Positions 1 through 10,384 of a stretch of DNA of 64,000 nt are shown here, in pieces. Made by a program: the position numbers and the translations under genes. The stretch spans positions 10,609-74,608 of the forward strand of contig JAOAJK010000005.1 of assembly GCA_026414225.1 (NCBI GenBank). The letters are read 5' to 3'. Numbering within the stretch: the stretch's first letter is position 1; every line of letters starts with the position of its first letter. This DNA is from Thermoplasmata archaeon. Its GTDB lineage: Archaea > Thermoplasmatota > Thermoplasmata > Lutacidiplasmatales > SKW197. Below the pieces are notes generated by a model. It was not told the DNA's origin, ran no database searches, and was given only the letters and a program-made list of their open reading frames with translations.

Positions 1-1986
1 TTCAAATGTCCAGTTTGTGAAAGTGATGTTGAGGAAAATGCCTCAAAATGCCCCGTATGCGGGCTTGAGTTTAAGCCGGAGGCGAAGGAGGAAGCGGGGC
101 TCGCTGAACTTGCAGAACTCGAGCAGCTCGTGGATGGAGAGACATCCCCCCAGGAAGAAAAAACCCCTGCAAAGGAAACGGAAACTGCCACAGGAAGCGA
201 GGAAGCGGTGGCTGAGATGGAGTCATTGATAAGCGACGAAAAGACCCAGATCGAGAACATCGACGCAGTTGAAAGCATTGTGGACGAGGAACTCGGAGAG
301 GAGAAGTACGCTGGGGATGAGGCAGTATGCCCGGTTTGCTACGGGACTGTCAGTGCATTTGCAGAAAAATGCGAGCATTGCGGTGCCGAATTTGCACCTG
401 AGAGTAGATGCGGCTTCTGTGGAGAGCTCGTGGAAAGCGATGCAATTTTCTGTCCAGCATGCGGGCACTCGCTGATTGAGGACGAGTCAATCTGTCCCAA
501 GTGTGGCGAGGTTGTTGGCATTACCGAAAACAGATGCCCGAGATGCCACACCGAATTTGCTGCAGATGCGTTCAGGTGTACCAACTGCGGTACAGCCGTC
601 ACAGTGAAAGATGTTGTTTGTCCGAACTGCGGGACAATGCTGAAGGAAGGGGTAAAACTCAAGGCCGAGATAATGGCGCAACCCCAAATCTCCCTTCCCG
701 CGGGTGCGACACCCATTGCGGTCGCGGCCGCACCGGTGGCGGTGAGCGCAACCCCTGTGCCAACCGAAACCGTGATAAAAATTGAGAGCGTGAAGATTGG
801 CTCGCCCCTTGAAAGTGAGAGCCCACTTGATATGGTTGCTGGAGCCCCGGCGGCCTCCGCAGCGGTAGCCCAGGCGGCACCTGGTGCACCCACACAGGCA
901 GCACCGCAGCCCGCGGATAGAGCTATGCTTGCTGCATTCAGACAGGAAATGAAGATTCAGAGGGAACTGTATCCATTCACAGCGATTGTCGGGCAGGAGG
1001 ACATGAAACTTGCCCTCATTCTCAACGCGATTGATCCTGACATAGGAGGCGTTTTGATCCAGGGGCAGAAAGGCACGGGCAAATCCATTTCCGTGCGGGG
1101 GCTTGCGGAACTTCTGCCTGAAATAGAGTTTATCACGGGCTGCCTCTACTCATGCGACCCGAAGGACAAGGAAAAATGGTGCTGGGAGTGCAAGGAAAAA
1201 TACGGGAAGGGGGATGTGGAGATTCCGGTCTCAAAAAGACCGATAAAGGTGGTTGAACTGCCGCTGAATGCCACTGAGGACAGGGTTGTGGGCACAATTG
1301 ACATCGAGAAGATTCTTACCCAGGGTCTGAAAGCATTTGAGCCAGGCATTCTTGCAGAAGCAAACAGGGGGATTCTCTACATTGATGAAATCAACCTGCT
1401 GGATGACTACATCGTGGATGTGCTGCTTGATGCGGCGGCTATGGGCGTGGTGACCGTGGAAAGAGAAGCGGTGAGTGTGTCCTACCCGGGCAAATTCATA
1501 ATCGTGGGAAGCATGAACCCTGAAGAAGGTGCATTGAGACCCCAGCTTCTGGACAGGATTGCCCTTCAGGTGAAGGTGAAGGGGGTTGAAGACATCTTTG
1601 GAAGAATGGAGATTGTAAAAAGAAGGGAGGAGTTTAACGCAAATCCAGCTGCATTCCGTGAAAAATACAAGAAGGAGCAGGAAGAAATGCGGAAGAAAAT
1701 TGAGAAGGCGAGGGAGATTTTGAAGGATGTGGGAATCACAATTGAACAGCTGGAACTGATTGCAAAAATTTCGCTGAGCTTCGGTGTGGATGGCCACAGG
1801 GCAGACATCATTATCGAGCGCACAGCAAAGGCCCTTGCTGCGTGGAACGGGCGCCTGAAGGTTGAGTTAGACGACATTCTTAAAGCTGCTGAATTTGCCC
1901 TCCCGCACAGAATGAGAAAGAGACCGTTTGAGGAGGAGGAGTTCAGTGTCGAAAAGTTACGCAGGGTTGTTGAGGATCTGATGTGA
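1..1986 (+). CDS. ChlI/BchI-like (Mg-chelatase/MoxR-type) AAA+ ATPase with an N-terminal array of zinc ribbons; 5' partial, gene continues upstream of the window
   Basis: Frame 1 is open from base 1 ([13 protein letters not shown]), so the ORF-track start at 130 is internal. At least 5 CPxCG/CxxCG zinc-ribbon pairs, then an Ala/Pro-rich linker, then [24 protein letters not shown] (Walker A), [12 protein letters not shown] (Walker B) and [16 protein letters not shown] (sensor/Arg-finger region), which is the ChlI-family core. There is a Cys4 insert (CLYSC..CWEC) between Walker A and B. Confidence 0.75.
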   Translation, partial: FKCPVCESDVEENASKCPVCGLEFKPEAKEEAGLAELAELEQLVDGETSPQEEKTPAKETETATGSEEAVAEMESLISDEKTQIENIDAVESIVDEELGEEKYAGDEAVCPVCYGTVSAFAEKCEHCGAEFAPESRCGFCGELVESDAIFCPACGHSLIEDESICPKCGEVVGITENRCPRCHTEFAADAFRCTNCGTAVTVKDVVCPNCGTMLKEGVKLKAEIMAQPQISLPAGATPIAVAAAPVAVSATPVPTETVIKIESVKIGSPLESESPLDMVAGAPAASAAVAQAAPGAPTQAAPQPADRAMLAAFRQEMKIQRELYPFTAIVGQEDMKLALILNAIDPDIGGVLIQGQKGTGKSISVRGLAELLPEIEFITGCLYSCDPKDKEKWCWECKEKYGKGDVEIPVSKRPIKVVELPLNATEDRVVGTIDIEKILTQGLKAFEPGILAEANRGILYIDEINLLDDYIVDVLLDAAAMGVVTVEREAVSVSYPGKFIIVGSMNPEEGALRPQLLDRIALQVKVKGVEDIFGRMEIVKRREEFNANPAAFREKYKKEQEEMRKKIEKAREILKDVGITIEQLELIAKISLSFGVDGHRADIIIERTAKALAAWNGRLKVELDDILKAAEFALPHRMRKRPFEEEEFSVEKLRRVVEDLM

Positions 1987-1996
1987 GGTCGGGAAA

Positions 1997-2254
1997 ATGA
2001 AGGTGGAACTTTTTTATTCTCCTACTTGCCCTGATTGCCCGCCTGCAAAAAGAATTTTCAGGAAATTGCTGGCGGCACATCCTGAAGTAGAGTACGCGGA
2101 AATCAATGTGAAGGAGAACAGAAAGAGGGCGGAAGAGATCGGGCTCACCCATGTGCCCACAATTCTGTTTGACGGTGAAATCGTATTCGTGGAGCATGTG
2201 ACAGAGGAAGAAGCGCTGAGGGAAATTGAAAAAAGGTTAAAGGTACCAGAATAA
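1997..2254 (+). CDS. small glutaredoxin/thioredoxin-fold redox protein (CPDC active-site motif)
   Basis: 85 aa beginning MKVELFYSPTCPDCPPAKRIF; CxxC near the N-terminus, then the beta-alpha-beta pattern typical of Grx/NrdH-like proteins. GGT-containing SD-like sequence upstream. Confidence 0.6.
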   Translation: MKVELFYSPTCPDCPPAKRIFRKLLAAHPEVEYAEINVKENRKRAEEIGLTHVPTILFDGEIVFVEHVTEEEALREIEKRLKVPE

Positions 2255-2267
2255 ATTCCGAGTTGCT

Positions 2268-2282
2268 GTGCTTTCTTTTTCA
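2268..2282 (+). terminator. oligo-T tract (cttTcTTTTT) 15 nt after the stop of the glutaredoxin-like gene; candidate archaeal intrinsic terminator
   Basis: T-rich run immediately downstream of the TAA at 2252-2254, between convergent genes. Confidence 0.2.
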
Positions 2283-2409
2283 ACCCGTTTAATCTGGCTG
2301 AAATAAGCCGGGCAGTCCCATTCCCTGTCAAACCATAAATCCGTAATTGGGCAGTTTTTTCCATCGCAGTAAAGCACTGGCCTGCCACACGGAGTCGGTT
2401 TCATCTCTA

Positions 2410-3030
2410 CTACAGGGGTGCCTCAAAGTCCTCAACTGTGAATTTGTAGTCAGCATCGGAGCCAATCTTGTCCATTGCCTTGAGGGTCTCACGGGTGAGC
2501 AACCAGTAAACGAGTGCGAGGGCCCTCCTGCCCTTGTTGTTCGTTGGTATCACAAGGTCGACATACCGGGTTTCATTGTTGGCATCACACAGGGCAACGA
2601 CAGGAACGCCGATACTGACCGCCTCTTTCAATGCCTGGACATCCACGGCAGGGTCAGTGAGAAAAACGACATCCGGCTCAAAGAATGTGGGAATGTTGTA
2701 GTTGGTCATCGTCCCAGGGATGTACCGCCCAGGGAAGCATCTTGCTCCGATTGTATCTGCAAATAGTTTAACTGGCTTCTGTCCATACTGCCTTGCGGAA
2801 ACTGCCAGAATTTTGTCTGGCTCATAGTTTGCCAGAAATTTGGCAGCCACGCGAATCCGCTCATCGGTATGCTGGACATCCATCACATAAAGTCCATCGG
2901 TTCGAACTTTGTAGATGAACCGCTTCATGTTTGCACTTTTTGCCTGGGTGCCTATGTGGACCCCTGATGTCAGATATAACTCCTCGTCAATCAGCAGATT
3001 TTTCTTCTTTGCCTCTTCAGCCATGGTCAC
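2410..3030 (-). CDS. rps2: 30S ribosomal protein S2 (uS2)
   Basis: 206 aa. [28 protein letters not shown] and the [17 protein letters not shown] core are characteristic of archaeal/eukaryotic-type S2. The ATG overlaps the eno stop (ATGA), the classical eno-rps2 arrangement. Confidence 0.93.
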   Translation of the reverse strand: MTMAEEAKKKNLLIDEELYLTSGVHIGTQAKSANMKRFIYKVRTDGLYVMDVQHTDERIRVAAKFLANYEPDKILAVSARQYGQKPVKLFADTIGARCFPGRYIPGTMTNYNIPTFFEPDVVFLTDPAVDVQALKEAVSIGVPVVALCDANNETRYVDLVIPTNNKGRRALALVYWLLTRETLKAMDKIGSDADYKFTVEDFEAPL

Positions 3031-4238
3031 ACCCCGTACAGTTCCTCCTCTATTCGTATGAGTTCATTCAGCTTTGCAATCCGTTCGCCCCCCACCACTC
3101 CTGTTTTTATCCCAAGACATCCAAAGGCAACGGAAAGATGGGCGATTGCAGCGTCTGTGGTCTCCCCGCTTCTGTGGGAAATTACAGTTGAGTAGCCGTT
3201 GTCATGGGCAAGCGAGACAGCATCCAGGGCATCGGTGAGCGTCCCGATCTGGTTCACCTTGATAAGCACCGCATTTGCAGCTCCCATGCGGATACCCTTC
3301 TCAATTCTATCGTAGTTTGTCACAAAGATGTCATCGCCGATTATCAGGCATTTATCGCCGATCCGTTCCGTGAGCTTCACATACCCCTCGAAATCCTCCT
3401 CATCCAGCGGATCTTCAAGTGAGTAAAGTCCATACTTTTCAACGAGCTTGGCCACGAAATCGATCTGTCCTTCAGGGCTAAGGGTCTGTTCCTTGTAATG
3501 GTACTTGCCCTTTTCGTAGAATTCTGATGCGGCAAGATCAAGTGCAGGGTGGACCTCTATCTTCAGGGTATCGCGGACCTCCTGGCAGGCCTCTACCACA
3601 ATCTCGAGGGCTTCAATGTTACCCAATTTAGCGACCCAGCCACACTCATCGCCCTTGCCCAGGGCAACATCCGGATACTTCTTTGAAATTTTTTCCTTCA
3701 CCTTCTTGTGGACCATTGCATTTGCAAACACGGAATCCCTGAAAGTTTCTCCCTGGGCGACAACCAGATACTCCTGGATGTCCGTGGAACCAACCGCATG
3801 CTTCCCGCCATTCAACACATTGCCAAAAGGCAGGGGAAGGGTTCTGGCAAATGCACCTCCGAGATATCGATAAAGGGGCATCCCGTACTCTGAGGCAGCA
3901 GCGAATGCCACAGCCAGAGATGTTGCAGCTGCTACATTGCCTCCCATGTTCGAAAAGTTATCTGTAGCATCGAGTTCGTGGAGCATTGCGTCGAATTCCT
4001 CCTGGGCAGTTACTTCCATTCCGAGGAGCTTTGGAATGTGTTTCTTCCTGAACTGCTCTATTGCAAAATCCAGACCTTTTGCAGGATAGGCACAAACCTC
4101 GTGCTTCCCCGTGCTGGCACCGCTCGGTGCTGCACTCCTTCCATAACCTCCATCCAGTGTGAAGATTTCAACCTCTACTGTGGGATTTCCCCGGCTATCC
4201 AGAATTTTCCGAATTTTTATGTCCTCGATTTCGCTCAT
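3027..4238 (-). CDS. eno: enolase (phosphopyruvate hydratase)
   Basis: 403 aa starting [24 protein letters not shown]; metal/substrate motifs SHRSGETTD and [18 protein letters not shown] lies 8 nt upstream. Confidence 0.95.
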   Translation of the reverse strand: MSEIEDIKIRKILDSRGNPTVEVEIFTLDGGYGRSAAPSGASTGKHEVCAYPAKGLDFAIEQFRKKHIPKLLGMEVTAQEEFDAMLHELDATDNFSNMGGNVAAATSLAVAFAAASEYGMPLYRYLGGAFARTLPLPFGNVLNGGKHAVGSTDIQEYLVVAQGETFRDSVFANAMVHKKVKEKISKKYPDVALGKGDECGWVAKLGNIEALEIVVEACQEVRDTLKIEVHPALDLAASEFYEKGKYHYKEQTLSPEGQIDFVAKLVEKYGLYSLEDPLDEEDFEGYVKLTERIGDKCLIIGDDIFVTNYDRIEKGIRMGAANAVLIKVNQIGTLTDALDAVSLAHDNGYSTVISHRSGETTDAAIAHLSVAFGCLGIKTGVVGGERIAKLNELIRIEEELYGV

Positions 4239-4265
4239 GATTTACACCTCTTTAACCCATAGAGA

Positions 4266-4285
4266 TTTTGGATTTATACCTTTTG
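4266..4285 (-). promoter_or_regulatory. TATA box (GGTATAAATC on the minus strand) of the eno-rps2 transcription unit
   Basis: TATAAA sits about 40 nt upstream of the eno ATG on the minus strand, followed by SD GAGGTG. This is archaeal box-A spacing. Confidence 0.35.
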
Positions 4286-4441
4286 GAAGAATCGTGCGTT
4301 ACACTGCACCAGTTTCCGGTCGCGTATTTCGTGGTAAATATATTCCCCTTATAAACCTGTTGGGGGCGGTCTACCTGCTATTCCTGTGTCTCCTACTTCT
4401 ACCAAGAATTACCTTTAATTACCTCCTGCATATACCTACAG

Positions 4442-7400
4442 GTGAGGGCAAGAATGGAAAATGGCGATAAGTTGAATGAAAGGAAAACAAAACCCCGAAG
4501 AGGTAAGAAAAAAAGGAAGGATAGCGATAAATTTACAGATTTGATAGAGGAATGCAGGCGGGAAATGGAACTCCATGAAAAAATGGGTGTGGAAATCCCG
4601 GGTGAACTCTGGAAGGAATTTGAGGAGATAGAGGACCAGATAGAGGAGGGAAATTATAGCGACACTGCGGAACGGATAACCTCGCTCATGGACAAGCTGA
4701 GGGAAAACAAGGAGAGAAAAATAGGGGAATTCAAACAGAAGGTAAATGAAGTGCTCGAGTTTCTGAGGGCCCATCAAATTCCATCCGACGAATGTGAAAA
4801 TGCCCTCCATCTTGCAGAGAATGAGCAACTGGGGGAAGCGAAGAGGGTATGGGAGGAAGCAAGGGAAATTGTGGAGGGCAAGATTGCAAATCTGAAGAAA
4901 GCAATGGAGGAAGTCAAGAAGACGAAGGAATTGATAGAATATACCGCCACCCATAAAATTGACATCAACGCTGAAAAGGAGGAACTTGCAAAGGCAGAGG
5001 AGTTTTTGCTCCATGGCAAGATTGAGGAATGCCTGGAAGTTCTGGTAGAGGTTAGGAGGAACTGCGATGAGAAGCTCGCCCACAAATTCAGCGAAGAAAT
5101 TAAAAAAATAGAGCAGATGGAGGGCGTAGTTCCAGGGTTGAGAGAAATAATTGAGAAAAGCAGGGCCGAGTTTGAGAAACTGGACTACTACAATGCATTT
5201 GGCTCGCTAGCCAGCGCCTGGAGCAGTATCTCCCGTGTCGACATTAACACCCTGAAAGCCCAGATTGCTGACCTGAAAATCCTCCTTAACGAAATAAAAA
5301 CGCTGAGCGGGTATCTCCCCCATCTGGAGGATTGCGAGAAGGAACTCGGGAAAAAGAATACGGAAGCAGCCCTGCGAATAATCTCTAATCTCAGGCAGGA
5401 AACGATGCCTGTTTTTGAACGAGATTTCGGGCGGATCATGAGCAGGGTCCAGGCAATCACTCAAACCCTCGGGGAGCATGGTATCGTACCCAAGGAAGTC
5501 GAGGAGAGAACCACCGAAACCCTCAACTACAAGGCAAAGGGGGAACCCGGAAAAGCAATTCTTACCGCACGGCTGGCCCAGGAGATGGCCGAAAAGGCCG
5601 CTGGGGAGGTTGTGAAAAACCTTTTAAAATCAATGAGGGAACTCGGGAAAGCAAAGGTCATCCAGAGCGTAAACCTCCAGCAAATCAAGAAAATCGAGGA
5701 AAACCTTGGAACCAATGTTCACGATGCCCTGAAACAGGCCTTTGAACTCAAACAGACTGTGGACAATGAAATTCGAAATCAGATTGAACCGGTTGAAAAT
5801 GAACTTGTGGCCCTTGAAAATCTAATCCGGGACCTCCAGCAAAACGGGCTCAATGTTTCTGAAGCCAGTGCGCTCCAGCTGAAAACCAGGAGTTTTCTGG
5901 AGAGTTACCAGTTCAAGTATGCTGACCAGACCCTGAATGACCTGAAGGCATCTGTGCACAAATTAATCGCGGGAGCGGTCTCTGGGAATCTACCCATGCT
6001 TCAGAAGGACATCCAGGCAACTGGCGATGAGGCACTCGCAACCCTTGCGGAGGAGGTAAAAGCAGCACTGGATGGTGGAGATTTCTATACTGCGTGGGAA
6101 CAGCTCAAGGAACTCATCCTCAGAACAAGGGAGGTTGTAACGAGATCAGTAAGTGAGGGCCTGAGGAATCTCTCTGACCTTGTTACAGAATTTGGAAAGA
6201 GCGGAATAAAGTTTGTGATGCCAGAAATCTCGCCTTCAGACCCGCTTGCGAGAGAAAAAATTGAAAATTTTGTGAGCGTGTGTGAGGATACACTCCATGA
6301 GATCGTGGCTGCAAAACTGGAAAACGCAAAAAAGTTACTTGAAAATGCCGAAAAAATGGGGGTAAAAACCGGAATTGATGCAGGTCTGATTGCAGCGCTA
6401 AGTGAAATGCTCGGCAGAAAGATGTTTAACCTGGAATCCGCGAAAACTGTCGGAAACTTGAACGAACGAATTACTGAAGCAGAGAAAAAGCTCGCAGAAA
6501 TTGCCCTCAGGGAAATTGAAAAAATGGAGGAAGCGAGAGAAAAGGTAGTAAAACTTGGCTTCAACACTGAAAAGTACGATACCAAGGTAAACCTTGCCCA
6601 TGAAAGAATTGAAAAGGGAAGATTGTATGAGGCATGGTTTGTAGCCAGCCGCGTGACCGCGGAGATGAACAAGGACCTCCACGAAAAGTTTACGAATGAA
6701 CTGGAATATACGAGCAGGGTGGTGAAGGAGTTTTCAAAACTTGATGTGGATACAATTGCAATTAAGGTTGACATGGAAAATGCAAAGATTCTTCTTACAA
6801 AAAAGGATTACATCAAGCTCCGCCAGGTGCTTGCTACAATCCAAGAGAAACTCGGGGAATTCACCGCCTCCCGTGTGAAAGAGGAATTCGCGAAGCTCGA
6901 GGAGTATGTGGAAACCTGCATAAAATTTGAAATTGTGCCCCAGGAATACAGAACGGTTCTCCACGGGATCCAGTCATTGATAAACGAGAACAGAATCTTC
7001 GATGCCCACATGCAGATAAAGGAGGCAAGGGATTTTTTGCAGAGAACGAGCGCCAATGCATACGAAACAAAGAAGGCCAGCATTAATAAATTGAGTGAGT
7101 TCGGAAAGAAACTCGGACTTGACAAGATTGATGTGAATTTCGCCGAGATTGACGGGGTCTTCCAGGAGGATATGGTGCTCGGGCTCGAGCAGCTCGCCAG
7201 CGTAAGAGAAAAGATTTTGAAGGTGCTGAAAGACCGTGTCTCTGCCGAAATTTCCACGATTAAGAGACAGTTTCAGGTATGCAGGGAGCGGGGAATAAAC
7301 TGCGAAAGCCAGAGCATGATGGTGGATGACGCGGTTCGCCTGCTGGAGCACGGAAAAATCGAGGAGGGGTACACTCTCGTGCTCGAAGCGAAGGCCTCGC

Positions 7401-10381
7401 TCCTTACAGTGCTTGAAGATGCGATCCTGAAACGGCTCGAGGAGGTGAAGCCAGAAATTGAGCTGCTGAAAAAGCACAATCTCTACTCCCATACCCTCGA
7501 GACCAAACTGAATGATGTTCAGGATTTGATGGCTAAAAAGGATATTGCGAGGGCATATGCGACCTATTTCTCGTTACGCACAGAACTGGACAGCCTGCTC
7601 GGAAGGGTTCTATCGGAAGTGATCGAGCACTACAGGAAAAAACTTCGGGAGTACGAGAATTTCGGTTTCAGGTTTGAGACGGAACACCAGATGCTCAGCG
7701 ATGCTGCAAGTAAAGGTGAGAAGGGTCTCGTGCGGGAGGCATACGAGGAAATCGGACAGCTGGATACACGGATACAGGACGCCGTGAGGAACCAGATTGT
7801 TCAGATGCTGGAGGATGCAAAGGCAAACCTGCCAATAATTGAAAAAGAGGTGATTGATGCAGCCCGTTTCGGGACTATTCTGGAAAGAACCGAAAATTAC
7901 CTTGCGTCCGGGAACCTCCTGGGTGCAATAAAATCCCTGAATGAATTCGGTGAGGCCTATGCCAAGCTGAAGGAAAGGTTCTATGACTACATCGAGGAGA
8001 TACGGGAAGGCAACCAGATTCTGGTAGAGATGGGGATGGCAGTCCAGAATCTTGAGACCGAAATTGAGGACTTCGAAAGAAGGATTGACCAGCACAAATT
8101 CTGGGAGATTGCCCAGAGAATAATTGAATGGCAGATTTACCTCCGCGGTGTGCTCAGGGACAGATTTCTCTGGGAAATAAACGAAACCTCAAAAGCTCTG
8201 GAACAAATGGAGAAATTAGCTGGTGGTGGAGACGAAAAAATCTCGGCCCTTCTTAAGGAAGCTACAGTTATGGTCGAGGAACACAGATACGGGGAGGCAA
8301 GGGTCAATATCGCCAAGGCGAAGTCCGCGCTCGCGGAACGGAACAGGAATGTGTTTGAAAAGGCATACAATGAACTGATGATGGAAATAGAGGCATGTAA
8401 CGGTGCAGGAATTGACACCACCCAGGCACAGCGATTTCTTGAAAATTTCAGGGCTGAAACTGCGGCGATGAATTATTATGCGGCAAAGTGGAACCTGGAG
8501 AACGCGAAAGAGGCCCTGGTCAAGGAGGAGGAGGCAGCCGCAACCCAGGCAGTGCATCTGCTTTCCACGAACCTCGAGCCCTACAGCAACATTTTCCCAG
8601 ATGAGTTTGTGAAATTTTACAAACAGCTTGAACATGCCCTGGTTCTCTTCAAGGAGAGAAAGTATGTGGAGTGCACGAAAATCGCTTACAAGACCAACTT
8701 TGAGTTTACAACCGCAGTAAGTGAGAAGATTAGGACCACAATTGAATATACCAGAAAACTGATTGAGGACTTCACTGAACGAGGCGTTGACCTTGAGGTT
8801 GCTAGAAACCTGCTCAACGAGAGCATCTACTACTTTAACTCCTCTGATTTTATCTCGGCAGTCCAGAAGGCAAATGAGGCAAGGGCTGCAGCGGAAGATT
8901 ACATCAAGGTACATATCCAGCAGAGGTTCGGGGAGGTAATCAACCTCGTGCGGGAGTGTACCACCCTCGGGGTAGATACCAGAAAGGTGGACGAGGAAAT
9001 TACAAAAGCTGAAAAGTTGATGGAGGCCCAGAAATACATCGAGACCTATTTTACACTCAATGGAGCCCACCTTGAATGCATAACCCAGATGCAGAAGGCA
9101 ATTCAGGCAAAAATCACAGAAATGGAAAAGCTGGCTCAAGAGTTTGTGTCCAACGGGATGTTCATCCCGAACGAGGTCTACCTTTACATTGAAAGGGCGA
9201 AATACTCCACCTCCTACGGACAGTTTATCCAGGCCGCTCAGGAAATCGAAATTGCGAGAAAGACGTTGCTTGACATCCTCGGCTCGCTCGCTGCGGACCG
9301 GATTTTAGCAGTGAAAAAGATAGGGGACATGGGGATAAGCATTGGCTGCCCGATGAAGAACACACTTAAATCCTATCAGGAACTCACAGACGCGATTGCC
9401 AAAATAGAGGTTTCAAAAGCTCTGGAACTCTGCAGGAACATAGAACCTGATGCCTGGAAAGAACTCTACGATTACCTCCAGTCAATAATTTGGGAAATCA
9501 ATGTACTTATCCAGATGGCTGAAGAGTATGGAATCCCCCACGCTACAATCTCCGAATCAATCTCCCAGGCAGAGATGCATGCCTCATGGCACAACTATCC
9601 TGCCGCCCATCAGATTCTCACCAATGCGAAAAAGGTGCTTTCCGACCTCCTCGCCTCCGCGCTTGAATCCGCACTCCGTGGAATGAAAAGTGTGTTTGAA
9701 GCTCTCAACGAAATTCTGGATGCGAAACTGGATATGGATGAAGTGAAACTGTGTGCCAGGGACATAGAACGGCTGAAATTACCCGAGGCGCATATGCGGC
9801 TCAAAAAAATAACTGAAATTGCTGAGAAAACGGCCACTAAAAATGAGAGGAAGCTCCGGGAATTTGTGGAAGAGAAATTCAAGTATGGTAAGGGCTTCGT
9901 AGATGAGTTTGTAAAGCTCGGCAGGGACGCAGGCGAGTTGCAGGATTTGCTCGCTAAGGTTGAGGAAAGAAGATTGAACAAGGACTACCTGAATGCCGCT
10001 GTGAAAATGAACCTGTTTTTGAAAACCCTCGACAAACAGGTGGAGATTCAGTTCATCAACGCAAGGGCTGACTTGGAGCAGAAGTTTAGGGTGGCGAGGG
10101 AGATGGAAATTGATGTGGAGGAGAAGGAGAAGACCTATGCGGCCCTCATCCCAAATGCCAGAACGACTGAGGAGAAGATGAAGGTAATTGCAAAAGTCGT
10201 CGAATTTTCTGATGAAATTGCGAAGCAGGGGCTTGCATATGTGGAGGCAAAACTAAAATCGTACATTGATCTGAACAAGAATCTAACCCCGGAAAATCGA
10301 TTGAAGGTGGATACCGTAAGGAGCCATCTTGAGAAAAAGGAAATGATCGAGGCATATGCTGCCCTCAAAACCCTGAAGTGA
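4442..10381 (+). CDS. giant (1979 aa) all-alpha-helical TPR-like/alpha-solenoid repeat protein with a Lys/Arg-rich N-terminus; no enzymatic motifs
   Basis: Uninterrupted 5.9-kb ORF with consistent coding bias (GTG at 4442 or ATG at 4454). N-terminus KTKPRRGKKKRKDSDK. No signal peptide or TM segment. About 35-40 degenerate 45-50-aa helix-hairpin units with a recurring G[IV][DNP] turn and a TPR-like pattern, e.g. GKIEECLEVLVEV, RYGEARVNIAKAKSAL, KKDIARAYATYFSL, GRLYEAWFVASRV. Stop is 4 nt before the next gene. Confidence 0.8.
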   Translation: MRARMENGDKLNERKTKPRRGKKKRKDSDKFTDLIEECRREMELHEKMGVEIPGELWKEFEEIEDQIEEGNYSDTAERITSLMDKLRENKERKIGEFKQKVNEVLEFLRAHQIPSDECENALHLAENEQLGEAKRVWEEAREIVEGKIANLKKAMEEVKKTKELIEYTATHKIDINAEKEELAKAEEFLLHGKIEECLEVLVEVRRNCDEKLAHKFSEEIKKIEQMEGVVPGLREIIEKSRAEFEKLDYYNAFGSLASAWSSISRVDINTLKAQIADLKILLNEIKTLSGYLPHLEDCEKELGKKNTEAALRIISNLRQETMPVFERDFGRIMSRVQAITQTLGEHGIVPKEVEERTTETLNYKAKGEPGKAILTARLAQEMAEKAAGEVVKNLLKSMRELGKAKVIQSVNLQQIKKIEENLGTNVHDALKQAFELKQTVDNEIRNQIEPVENELVALENLIRDLQQNGLNVSEASALQLKTRSFLESYQFKYADQTLNDLKASVHKLIAGAVSGNLPMLQKDIQATGDEALATLAEEVKAALDGGDFYTAWEQLKELILRTREVVTRSVSEGLRNLSDLVTEFGKSGIKFVMPEISPSDPLAREKIENFVSVCEDTLHEIVAAKLENAKKLLENAEKMGVKTGIDAGLIAALSEMLGRKMFNLESAKTVGNLNERITEAEKKLAEIALREIEKMEEAREKVVKLGFNTEKYDTKVNLAHERIEKGRLYEAWFVASRVTAEMNKDLHEKFTNELEYTSRVVKEFSKLDVDTIAIKVDMENAKILLTKKDYIKLRQVLATIQEKLGEFTASRVKEEFAKLEEYVETCIKFEIVPQEYRTVLHGIQSLINENRIFDAHMQIKEARDFLQRTSANAYETKKASINKLSEFGKKLGLDKIDVNFAEIDGVFQEDMVLGLEQLASVREKILKVLKDRVSAEISTIKRQFQVCRERGINCESQSMMVDDAVRLLEHGKIEEGYTLVLEAKASLLTVLEDAILKRLEEVKPEIELLKKHNLYSHTLETKLNDVQDLMAKKDIARAYATYFSLRTELDSLLGRVLSEVIEHYRKKLREYENFGFRFETEHQMLSDAASKGEKGLVREAYEEIGQLDTRIQDAVRNQIVQMLEDAKANLPIIEKEVIDAARFGTILERTENYLASGNLLGAIKSLNEFGEAYAKLKERFYDYIEEIREGNQILVEMGMAVQNLETEIEDFERRIDQHKFWEIAQRIIEWQIYLRGVLRDRFLWEINETSKALEQMEKLAGGGDEKISALLKEATVMVEEHRYGEARVNIAKAKSALAERNRNVFEKAYNELMMEIEACNGAGIDTTQAQRFLENFRAETAAMNYYAAKWNLENAKEALVKEEEAAATQAVHLLSTNLEPYSNIFPDEFVKFYKQLEHALVLFKERKYVECTKIAYKTNFEFTTAVSEKIRTTIEYTRKLIEDFTERGVDLEVARNLLNESIYYFNSSDFISAVQKANEARAAAEDYIKVHIQQRFGEVINLVRECTTLGVDTRKVDEEITKAEKLMEAQKYIETYFTLNGAHLECITQMQKAIQAKITEMEKLAQEFVSNGMFIPNEVYLYIERAKYSTSYGQFIQAAQEIEIARKTLLDILGSLAADRILAVKKIGDMGISIGCPMKNTLKSYQELTDAIAKIEVSKALELCRNIEPDAWKELYDYLQSIIWEINVLIQMAEEYGIPHATISESISQAEMHASWHNYPAAHQILTNAKKVLSDLLASALESALRGMKSVFEALNEILDAKLDMDEVKLCARDIERLKLPEAHMRLKKITEIAEKTATKNERKLREFVEEKFKYGKGFVDEFVKLGRDAGELQDLLAKVEERRLNKDYLNAAVKMNLFLKTLDKQVEIQFINARADLEQKFRVAREMEIDVEEKEKTYAALIPNARTTEEKMKVIAKVVEFSDEIAKQGLAYVEAKLKSYIDLNKNLTPENRLKVDTVRSHLEKKEMIEAYAALKTLK

Positions 10382-10384
10382 ACT

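Noticed and set aside
6085-9139. several 150-300-aa minus-strand ORFs (6085-6774, 6808-7257, 6974-7492, 7610-8095, 8216-9139)
   Set aside because: All are nested antisense within the 1979-aa gene. The purine-rich sense strand leaves the antisense free of stops. Their products are S/F/L-rich low complexity.
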